Shown piece by piece: positions 1 through 10,400 of a stretch of DNA of 64,000 bases (positions are counted from its first letter, which is position 1; each line of letters opens with the position of its first letter). The position numbers and the translations under genes are program-made. This DNA comes from Haliotis rufescens (lineage: Eukaryota). Below the pieces are notes generated by a model. The model had not been told where the DNA came from. It saw nothing but the letters and a program-made list of their open reading frames with translations, and made no database searches. The stretch lies in contig NW_025963902.1 in the NCBI RefSeq assembly GCF_023055435.1, forward strand, positions 6,386,001-6,450,000, read 5' to 3'.

Positions 1-307
1 AGTTATGTGCTCAAATTGTATCCCTTCTATCATGTATAACAGATATTCCATCAATACTTACACCATGCCAGGGTGCATCAGGCAGGAGTGTCTGTTGGTA
101 GCAAGAGTTGAGCCACTGTAGGCGAAAAGGCTGCTCATCTGTGGGCTTGATCTCATTGGCTCCAGGCATTTTCCCAATATATAGCACAACACAATATCAC
201 AATACACAGATATGTACACAATAGCGGAGGAATATGTACACCTGTCTTTATACAACTGTACAACTATATACACGTCATCTGTCCTAGGTGTCTATCCTGA
301 GCCCACC

Positions 308-397
308 TCAGTTAACAACGGCCTGAAGATCTGGAGGATTTTCTCCGAAACAGAATTTTGCTTTGGGATCTCTGTAGGAATTTTCATGTTGCACACT
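308..397 (-). CDS. SPRING1: SPRING1 coding exon 5 (terminal)
   Basis: ttttacag|[29 protein letters not shown]. Confidence 0.92.
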   Translation of the reverse strand, partial: SVQHENSYRDPKAKFCFGENPPDLQAVVN

Positions 398-3300
398 CTG
401 TAAAAGAAACAGTAATACTGAGTTGTTGCGGGAGTAAGGGAGTTGGGATACATGCTGGTTCAGTGTTGGAAATTAAGCTTGAAAATCAAGGGGTCTTTGT
501 CATAAGTTTAAAAGTTAAAGATTGGTTGTTTGTTGTTTGACGCAGCACTCAGCAATATTTCAGCTATATGACGGCGGTCTGTATATAATCGAGTCTTGAC
601 CAGACAATCCAGTGATTGACATCATGACCATCGATCCACGCAATTGGGATACGATGACATGCATCAACCAAGTCAGTGAGCCTGACCACCCGATCCCGTT
701 AGTCGCCTCTTACGACAAGCATAGTCACAAAAGTTAAAATGAGTGAGTGAGTATGGTTTTATGCTGCTTTTAGCAATATTTCAGCAATATGAGGGAGGGG
801 GACACCACAAATGAGCTTCACATATTGTACCCATGTTGGGAATCGAACCCGGGCCTTGGCGTGACGAGCGAACGCTTTAACCACAGGGCTACCCATATAA
901 GGTCTAGTCAAATATGAGGTCTAGTCAAATAGCATGGGAGAAAACCTAAAACACCCCAGAACCCCCTTAATTATGAATACTGCTGGTTTCAAAGGTATTA
1001 CAGTCATTTCATGGTGTGTCAGCTGAATGATCGGGTAAGGTTCAAACTGACACAGATCTAAGAGTTTGCACTTTGATAACACACATCATGCACATATAGT
1101 GCTGACAGAAAAGGATCACGAACAGGGTAAATTTGGGATTCAAAGTCATGACTAGAAGATCCTGGCATGAACAAGGGAGATAACTCTTTACAGTATAGAA
1201 GACAACGGAGCAAAGTCAATTAAGAACAGTGCAGTCATACTCTTGCCAGTTCATGATGTTGGATCATCTCAAAATTAAAATACTGACTAATTTTAATTAA
1301 AATTTTAATTAAAATTAGTCAGTATTGTAAATTTAAGATGATCCAACTTCATGAACTGGCAAGAGTATGACTTGTTCATGCTTGTTTGTTTTTTGTCAAG
1401 TGGGCCAGCATATTTATGGACCCCAACTGGAGTAATGTATACACACCTGGGATGATGTACGACACTTGGCTAAACACAATTCAAAGTGATCTGACACAAG
1501 TGAAAATAAGTTAAATGGCTCGTTGCTGGCCTCTCGCAATATTCTCCTCAATAAAGTTTTCTGAAAGAAAGGAAAATATTTAGATTTACACATATCAAGT
1601 TTCACATCTTGTTGATGACATTAAGAAGGGTTATATCAAGAGCTGAATCCACCTAGTCACCAACGACTGCTACTTTAGATTACAATCTACATGCTCTGGG
1701 CATATTCTCAAAATATTCTTAATATATTCCATAATAAATAAATTGCAAATAATTCCATGACGTTTGATTAGCTAATCAAGCAATTCTATTTGCGCTTAAG
1801 TTTCCATAACACCAACCAAAAAAGGCCATGTATAATAAACCAATTGCAAATAATTCCATGACGTTTGATTAGCAAATCAAGCAATTTTATTTGCGCTTAT
1901 GTTTCCATAACACCCGCCAAAAAAGGCCATGCCCTCTAGTGGACTCCTGTATCCTGATTGGCTGATGATAGGATGGATTGAACTTTGGTTGCATTACTGT
2001 TGTTTGTTTGTTGTTTAACGTCACACTCAGCAGTATTCCAGCTATATGACGGTGGTCTGTAAATGACATGCTTCAAACAAGTCAGCGAGCCTGACCACCC
2101 GATCCCGTTAGTCGTCTCTAACGACAAGCAACGTCACCTTTTACGGCAGGAATGGGTTGCTGAAGACCTATTCTACCCCGGATCTTCACAGGACAGTTGC
2201 ATTACTTGGCTGAATAATGTCACTGACTTTGTATCGTTGTCAACAGTTTTTTTGTGTTAATGATTACAGAAGCAGTCTGTGAAGTTGTTATTGTTGACAC
2301 ATTTACTTTTAAGCATTGGATATTTTTTGGCATTTATGAAGTTGTAAACGTAAACTCGTATGTGCAAACTTCGCTTAAATCTGCTACACATAAATACACA
2401 GTATGCACACCATTTTTTATGTTTTTTCCTCCGTAAGTAACAAGAAACAAATGCAACTAGTAAGCTCTGTACTTCTTCACCAAACTTCTGAATCATGGGG
2501 ATACAGTGGCACGATACAACTACTGCATCATGTGGTCATGTATCAATACAAAACGATACAAGTATATACATGATCAAGATGACATAAAAGTGACATGTAA
2601 AATTGAATGGACGTTGCTTTTACAGTACTTTTGTACACTTTGTCCTTAAAAAACACCAGTAAGTATGCATTAACACATTCATCTGTGTTTTGGCAGTATA
2701 TGCGGTTGAAAGTGTGCATGCATTTATTGTTTGTTTGTTGTTTAACGCCGCACTCAGCAATATTCAATGACGGCGGTCTGTAAATAATCGAGTCTAGGCC
2801 AGACAATCCAGTGATTGACATCATGAGTATTGATCCACCATATTGGCATATGATGACATGCATCAACCAAGTCAGTGAGTCTGACCCCTCGATCATGTTA
2901 GTCGCCTCGTACGACAGACATAGTCAGGGTTGCTGAAGACCTTACACGGGTCTACATTATATGCTTGACAAACATCTTACTTTATCTGGTTGAAGACAGC
3001 AGGAGACACAGAATTCATACACTGTACAGCAACCATTGGACAGACAACTCTCACACTGGTATCGGCGTGTGGATGAGCCTCGAATATCACAGCAGGATCC
3101 TGGGCCTATATGTCTCCTCTCACAGACATACCCTGAACAAAAAAAATGTCAGCATCATCTCTCAGACATACCCTGAACAAAAAACATTTCAGCATCATCT
3201 CTCAGACATACCCTGAACAAAACACATGTCATCATCATCTCTCAGACATACCCTGAACAAAACACTTGTCAGCATCATCTCTCAGACATATCCTCAACAA

Positions 3301-5956
3301 AAGCATGTCATCATCATCTCTCAGACATATCCTCAAGCATAGTCACATTTTACGGCAAGCATGGGTTGCTGAAGACCTGTTCTACCCCGGATCTTCACGG
3401 GTCATACTGTTGATAAAAGTTAATTACTCAGAGTCTTGATTGATATCCAAACACATGAGGGTGATACTCTATTTTTCTTCCAAAATTATTGTTCTCACAT
3501 GTCAGCTGTCGATAGACCATATATATTTTTAAGGCATGACCCCCAACCAAACCAAATATCTACCCACTGGCATATACTGATTGAAAACATTGTAATGGTC
3601 AGATAGTTGACAGAAGACTGGCCCTTAATCTATACATGACATTAAGATGACAAAGGATCATATTAGACACAATGTTTGTTGTTAAATGACGCACTCAGCA
3701 ATATTCCAGCTATATGCATGACAGGATGGCAGCTAGTAAATAATCTAATCTGGACCAGACAATCCAGTGACCGATATTATCAGCAATGTAGGGTACGAAG
3801 ACACATTATCAAGCAAGTCAAAGAGCCTGACCACCCAAAGATTTTGCCGCCTCTTACTACCAGCATGGGTTTTTGGGGAGCAATTCAATCAAGAAATCCT
3901 CATGGATCAACTTCAAGTAACCTGCCTCATGTCATAAGAACCATTTGCATGGCAAAATATCTACCTTTAATGTTTATAGATTAAATCAGACATTTTCTCA
4001 ATAGTCTGTGACAAATCATGACTGAGCTTTATTCCATAATATATCTTACAGATAGTGAAAAAGGATGAAGTTACCTCGTTCATCTACTAAAAGGTGTTTC
4101 CCCTGGACAGAATTACGACAATGTATATGACGTGTGCGGTTATTAGTCTCAGGTTCATCTGGTATCTTGGCTTGCCACTGGAATGGTTGACGCTGGGTTT
4201 TCCTAACTTTGTACTCCTCCAACACTAGATCGTCAGACTGAAAAAGCATAACATTTTTTTTTATAGATTGGTGAATCATGGGCAGCTCAGAGATAACAGT
4301 TCATCTTAAACATAAACATTGTCATTGACAGAGTACACACAGGACCACAAAGTGAGTGAGATATATCCCTTTAATCGTTAATTAAAAAGCATGTTCGTGA
4401 TATCCATCAATTAAAACAATGATAAAATATACAGCAAATGGCTGAACCGACAAACCAGTTTGTTACATCCATCAGTTTGTTATAAGCATGTACATCATAA
4501 ATGTAATTTACTACCGTATTCAACGCAATAAGCACCCAGGGCGCTCTCAAAATTAGAAATAGGGGTCTCCTATTAGAATGTTATTTTGGTGGAAGAAAAC
4601 AGAATTGAAAGATAAATTTAATTTTGTGGTTTATGCTGACAGCCTGAACTGTTTATATCCGACAGATATAATTTAATTGCCCATACGTAAGGGTGCATAT
4701 AGCACACGAGTGCATATTATACGCGAATAAATAAGTCTTGTGTACATTGATCAATCGGAAGGGGTGCTAATTGGGATTGTTCACTGGCCAATATATTAGC
4801 AAATATCGCCGTGGGCGCTTATTAGAGCGAGGCGCTTATTACATTGAAAACGGTATATGTTATCAGCAAAAATAACTGAGACTTGCATTCATGTTTCACT
4901 AAAATGTTAACTTGCGTTCCCCAAAAGCATCCCTTTGACAAAAAGCTGCATTAACAATTACAAAGCCGGAGGCTTCTAAAATATTTCTGCTTACACGGCT
5001 CAGTTCATACTAATTCATATTTGATTATAAACACATCATGCACATTAGCACTGAAATATCTAAATAATAAAGCAAGACAAGTTCAAGTTGGTCAAGGTTG
5101 GCATCCATTGTTGAAGAAGTATAATATACATTTCTTCAAATTATCTCCCTTTTTTGGTTTGTGATAAGTAATTTACACAAAATACTTATGTTATTATTAA
5201 TTTTCTTTTACTGATACAATAAGTACAACTACAAGTGCCCGCCCACAGCAATGGATGCAAATGTTTTTTGCACAACTTGCCTAGGTTATTTAGGTAACAA
5301 GGTGCCTTGGATTGCAAAAAGAAAATGGGTTATGCCGTCATCTCAACAGTTTGAAGATAGGTTATGTCGGGTTAGATAGGATTACTGTGATGACTGAACA
5401 ATAGAGTACGATGCCAAGATGAGCGATAAGTAGTCAATAGGATTAATGAGGGAAGTCAATAGGGCTAATGAGAGCAAACAATATAGACTGTTGTAATATC
5501 ATTGTGTTTGTGTAGGACATCAAACCATTTTGAAATTTGTGGTTGTTTGCATTTTTTTTACCCCCTTGAGCAGTTAATTTGAGACTGATTCACGGATTAA
5601 TTAAGTTAACACACAGTAGAATTGCATTTCGGACTAAGCGTCAGATGAAATTGCTAATGAATTCCGAAAGATGTCCTTGCGCTGCACAGGATGTGCCGTC
5701 CAGTATCATGGAGGTAGATCAAGACACCCTGATTTCCATTTGCCTACCCGTTTGACTCATCGATTTATCGTCCAGTGGAGATTTTGTCACTCGCAAACTA
5801 TTCGGAATTTTGTCTAAATGGGTTCATTGGAGTACACATTTCCGCATGAATATTTGACGTTACCTTTGAAAATGTTGCAGCAAGAAAATATATCAACGAT
5901 CCGAGGAAAATGACACCTAACACCCAGCGTTTACGCAAAACACGGGTGCCAAACAT
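308..5956 (-). CDS. SPRING1: SREBP regulating gene protein (C12orf49/UPF0454), 5 coding exons: 5956-5864, 4237-4075, 3132-2981, 1560-1447, 397-308; 203 aa
   Basis: Spliced translation [25 protein letters not shown]...[22 protein letters not shown]...CC...[25 protein letters not shown]...[39 protein letters not shown] matches the recalled SPRING1 signal anchor and Cys-rich domain. All introns are GT-AG, phases are consistent, total 612 nt. Confidence 0.93.
523..728 (-). mobile_element. Family B retroposon (5'-truncated)
   Basis: TSD aaaagttaaa. Confidence 0.85.
740..894 (-). mobile_element. SINE family A
   Basis: Reverse complement of the 9646 copy. Confidence 0.85.
1233..1372. repeat. 140-bp near-perfect palindrome (foldback/MITE-like)
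   Basis: agtcatactcttgccagttcatga...ttaattaaaattttaattaa...tcatgaactggcaagagtatgact. Confidence 0.9.
1447..1560 (-). CDS. SPRING1: SPRING1 coding exon 4
   Basis: ctttcag|[10 protein letters not shown]...[15 protein letters not shown]|gtgtgt. Confidence 0.92.
1741..1931. repeat. Direct tandem duplication, period 100 bp
   Basis: aattgcaaataattccatgacgtttgattagc...aaaaaaggccatg occurs twice. Confidence 0.9.
1998..2193 (-). mobile_element. Family B retroposon (internal deletion)
   Basis: TSD gttgcattact. Confidence 0.85.
2727..2953 (-). mobile_element. Family B retroposon
   Basis: Similarity to the 9096 copy. Confidence 0.85.
2981..3132 (-). CDS. SPRING1: SPRING1 coding exon 3 (Cys-rich)
   Basis: ttgttcag|GG TAT GTC TGT...CCLQPDK|gtaag; absent from the ORF track, translated by hand. 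Confidence 0.92.
3121..3336. repeat. 40-bp tandem repeat (~5.5 copies) containing the SPRING1 exon-3 splice acceptor
   Basis: ccctgaacaa recurs at 3131, 3171, 3211 and 3251, then degenerates. Confidence 0.95.
4075..4237 (-). CDS. SPRING1: SPRING1 coding exon 2
   Basis: ttttcag|TCTGAC...[16 protein letters not shown]|gtaact. Confidence 0.9.
4514..4853. mobile_element. Tc1/mariner-pogo-type MITE (~340 bp, TIR CCGTATTC, TA TSD)
   Basis: ta|ccgtattcaacgcaataagc...gcttattacattgaaaacgg|ta; homologous copies elsewhere in the window. Confidence 0.85.
5864..5956 (-). CDS. SPRING1: SPRING1 coding exon 1 (signal anchor)
   Basis: ATG at 5956; [18 protein letters not shown]; donor AAG|gtaacg. Confidence 0.88.
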
Positions 5957-6400
5957 TGGTATCGCAAGGTAAACATACAAGCCTGTATGTTAGTGTCAAT
6001 TGTTTCGCATTATTTTGCGCATTCTAGTCAAAATAAGTATGTGGTATTTTACTATAAAGTATTTTTAAACACAAAAGAAATACTTTTATATAAAAATAAT
6101 GCGGTGTATTCCTATATTTGATTCAATATGAGTAAGGAATTTGTTTAGCTTTACTTCTACACAAGTGACACATTTGTAAAAGCTATTTCCATTGGTTTTA
6201 ATTGGAGTTTGTGATCCAATCAGAATGGCTGTACCATGAGCGTCGGGATGGATAACAGGTGTCAGAAATTTCATCGGGAAGTTACAACATACTGAAACCA
6301 TACCACCGAGTATAACTGGTACAACCATTTTACCATTTTTGTTTACAAATAAATGTTTCGAGAGTTTAAGGTTGCAGTAGTTGCGGAAATTTGTTCATAC
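5957..6400. promoter_or_regulatory. Putative bidirectional promoter between SPRING1 and RNFT
   Basis: Divergent start codons are 950 bp apart; local CpG enrichment; clustered CCAAT/ATTGG boxes at ~6191, ~6201 and ~6216. TSSs cannot be determined from sequence. Confidence 0.55.
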
Positions 6401-6905
6401 ATGTTGACAAAACATACTGCCAAACATCAGAATCAGCCAAACAGATACCGAAATAGGCCCAGTAGGTTCTAGGCTTGTGTTTACCATTAGGCTACTGGTT
6501 TTGGCTTATGGCTATTCTAAGCAATAAGGTCTAGTCAGCATGAGAGTTAGGTTATTAATCCTTTGTACAACTTGAATGTGTCTTTTTGAGTAGAATTTGC
6601 AAAGGACAATAACTGATTCTCATCAGAGACCATATAATAGATTATATGGTCTCTGTTCTCATGTATCCAAATTATTTGTGCATGAACGTTGGTAATTTTA
6701 GAGGTGTGAAACTAGATTCAGATTTGTTTGAGTTGTTTGTTTTGCCAAGTTTGGGTACAGGATGCAATATTATAGTTTGAATATGTCTGAGTGTATACAG
6801 AAACTTTCTATCACCAGGCCTAACTCTCAATTAAATATATAATCCAATGCTCAAACAATTTTCTACCTAATTTCAGATAACCAGTACCTTCATGAAATAT
6901 CTACA

Positions 6906-7455
6906 ATGAATGAAGACAGGTCATTGCATAATGCAAACATGGCCGACAGTAGAAGAGATTCAGGTCAAAGCTTTTCTCTTCGTCTCGGAAATCTTCAAAT
7001 GCCAATTCAAATTCAGAATCGTCTGCCTCTTGGGAGAAACATGACAAGCATGGCTCAGGGCTTCCTGCCCAATTTCCAACAATCACCACGAACAACAGGT
7101 GCACCAGCGCTGTCAGCATCAGTGATCTCGGAGCCATCAGCTGTCATTGACATGTCGTCATTGGGTGCAATAAACTCCCAGGCAACTATTCATCCTCAAC
7201 AGCACATGATGTATGCAGACAGCCATGATCATGGTCATGGACACGGGCATGGACACGGGCATGGACATGGACACGGGCATGCCCACATGGCACCGATGCA
7301 AGATGAGAACCAAAACCATAATGTAATGGCAGACAATCCGAATCCATTGAATGAGCTTCAACCGAATGACTGGAGACCGTTTCTGCTCTGGTTCCAGAAG
7401 TGTGGAATTTTCTTTGTGCTTCTCTTCATGAAACTGATGTATGACCATAGATTAG
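6906..7455 (+). CDS. RNFT2: RNFT coding exon A
   Basis: ORF 6906 to donor TTA G|gtgag; acceptor tttcag at 6876. Confidence 0.85.
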
Positions 7456-10400
7456 GTGAGAAAGAGGTCCTAATAACCTAATGATAGGACGTGAAATTAG
7501 ATTATTACAGTCTCACAATCTTTCTACTGAGCGATTGAACATGTTAAAAGGAGATAATTTTTAAGACCTTTAAGTGGTTTATTATCAAAGTCCTACATCT
7601 GTATTGTTCTGCTTGTGAACTTGAATAATGACACTTAACCAGCGTAATCTTTTATAACAGAGAACAACATTTAACATGTTTAACATTCAATAGTTGAAAA
7701 TGTTTCAAGAATGTTATCACAAATGACTCTTTTTTTCAGGATTACTGGTTTTCTTTGCCTTGGGTGGAACATTTTATTATGCTAATCTGAAGCTTGTACA
7801 GTTCATACATCAGACTGCAGTGAGGGTAAGTAATGGTGTTGATTTCTCTATTAACCAATGAAATGATCTTCTTTCCAAAACTTTAATGCCTTACCATGAT
7901 CATTGACATTTTCGACTGCTTCCATGAAGTAGTGGATAGAGTGTCAGCCGGGAGAGCGGAAGATTGGTAGTTTGGTCCCTACTTGTCATATTCAGCATTA
8001 GGAGGGTAAAAACAAGCACTGGTCGGTATAAGTGCATGCAAGTCGCTATATAAGTGCAATCATCTTGAATGTGACAGAGAGCCCCATTTTACCACTCCTC
8101 GCCTTATGTTGACATTTACAGCCTTAGGTGTTACAAAATGTTTTAACATTCTGATGACTTCAAGATGGAAGTTGAAGACCCTACATTCATTTTATCATGA
8201 TTGAATATTTTAGAAATTAGTTGACAAAACTGTGATCAACAGAATTTGTCCACCAATCCTAATAACCACTGTCTCAATATGGCTCTTATAGAACATTTGT
8301 CTAGTTGCCAGGCATTATTCTAGGGTGGGGCATTGTGCTTTTAGCCTTGAAAAAAGGCCCACATTTTCAAAGACAATGGGGCATTTTAACATTGTGTTGT
8401 TTGGGCATGTGTGAGTGTACCTCTGGAATATTTTCACATAAACATGATAAAGGGCCCATGTCAGAAATAGAACATTTGTCTAGTTGCCATGGTCAGTTAT
8501 AAAGGGAATGTTTACGTTTTTGATTTTGAAGTATAAGAAACTCAATGTCAAACAATTGTCATGATTATTATACACAAAAGAGTTTGTTATTAGAAATAGG
8601 TGAAATGGGGTTTAATGTCACGTCCAAGTTTATTGCACTTATAAAGCGATGTGCATGCACGTGTGTGTATGGCTCCTTGTTCTAGTCTGGACTAATGCCA
8701 ATTTTATAGTTCCAGCCCACTGAGATACCGTGCTGCAGTTTAACATAAATACCCCACCCAGGCACAGTATACTGACTCTGAGCCGACCAGTGCTTGTTTT
8801 AGCCCCTTAAGGCTGACAGGGTAACAACAAGTACCATCTATTAACGTTTTTTGGTACGACGCGACCAGGGGATCGTACCCCAGACCTTTCGCTCTTCAGG
8901 CAGACACACTGCCATTAGCATGATTAGACTATGGAGGCGGTCTTATATGATATTAGAAATGACAACTGATAATTTATTACAATGTAGATATTACTCACCA
9001 TGATCGGTATTGGAGTTGTTTAAGAATAGATCCCCCCCTCAAGCAACTTATGCTTGTCATACATGGCAACTAAATGGATTGGTGATTGATGTCATCCCGT
9101 GAAGGTCCAGGTTAGAATAGGTCTTCAGCAACCCATGCTTGCCGTAAAAGGCGACTATGCTTGTCGCGAGAGGCGACTAAAGGGATCTGGTGGTCAGGCT
9201 CACTGACTTGGTTGATGTATATCATCGGTCCCAATTGTATGGATCGATGCTCATGATGTCAATCACTGGATTGTCTGGTCCAGACTCGATTATTTACAGA
9301 CCGCCGTCACATAGCTGGAATATTGCTGAGTGCGGCGTTAAACAACAAACAAACAAAACAAAGCATGTCATCCTTCCCTGACAGTGTGGAACGTTGCTCA
9401 TAAGATCAGTCTCTTGTTTTTCTGGTCCAGACCTGATTATTCACAAACCAGCCATCATATTGCTGAAATATTGCTGAATGTGGTGGTAAACAAATGCTTT
9501 GTCAGTGGTACTTTTAGTCCACTAGTCTTTATGATGATAACATATAGCAAAACCCCCCATTATGGCTAAAACTTTCTACTAGTCCTTGTGATACCATAGC
9601 TATTTGGCAGTTTGGCGAGGATTACAGGACTCACGCCAATTTCTAGGGGCAGTCGGGTAGCCTAGTGGTTAAAGCGTTCGCTCGTCACGTCGAAGACCCG
9701 GGTTCGATTCCCGACATGGGTACAATGTATGAACCCCATTTCTGGTGTCCCCTGCCGTGATATTGCTGGAATATTGCTAAAAGCGGCGTAAAACCAAACT
9801 CACTCACTCACTCACTCATGCCAATTTCTAATGCTGATTGTATGACGTTGTCTTCTTGGTCACTATGTTTCTGTTTCTGTTGACAGGAGAGTCGAGCTCT
9901 GTGGGCAGTCTTCCAGCCTCTGTGGCTCATATGTTTCCTCGCAGTTAACATTGCTATACTCTACTATGCATTCTCAGAACAAAATATTTGGAAGCTGTAA
10001 GTACTGCATCAGATGGATTCTTCTTCTCCTCGGGGGCGGGGTGGGGGCGCGGGGTAATCAATCCAGTGGTCAAAGCATCATCTTCACGAGGCAAGAGCGT
10101 CCACTAGCTTATACCAAAGCCTAGTTTCTACCCTTGCCACATCAAGGCCACTTTTCTTGGCTCGATCCTGGCACCAGCTCGCTAAGATCACGAGTTGTGC
10201 CCCCTGTAATGAAAACGCGATATCCTATCAGATCTCTGTTCTTATCTTGTATAGTTTCACAAATATGGCGGCTACCATAGGCGATGACCTAGTCGATCAG
10301 ATAACGAAAAGATTCACGATTTCATCCCTGACACAAAAACATAGGCAATCGTTGGGGGGTTTAAAGATGAAAAAGACATATTCATGTCGACAAAGTCAGG

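Noticed and set aside
5690-5970. RNFT first coding exon overlapping SPRING1 exon 1 in antisense (donor CAAG|gtaaac at ~5968)
   Set aside because: The only ATG frame ends in phase 2, but the acceptor at 6876 needs phase 1. It could be a UTR exon but is unsupported without transcripts.
9096-9195. Calling the family B head a canonical HDV-like ribozyme
   Set aside because: CUAA after a hairpin resembles J4/2, but P1 and a short L3 could not be assigned consistently. It is kept only as an unclassified candidate.
9190-9381. Recurrent small ORFs such as MVRLTDLVD...[32 protein letters not shown] (also 2543, 13133, 16518, 33048, 36226, 47988)
   Set aside because: These are translations of family B retroposon copies; frames and stops differ between copies.
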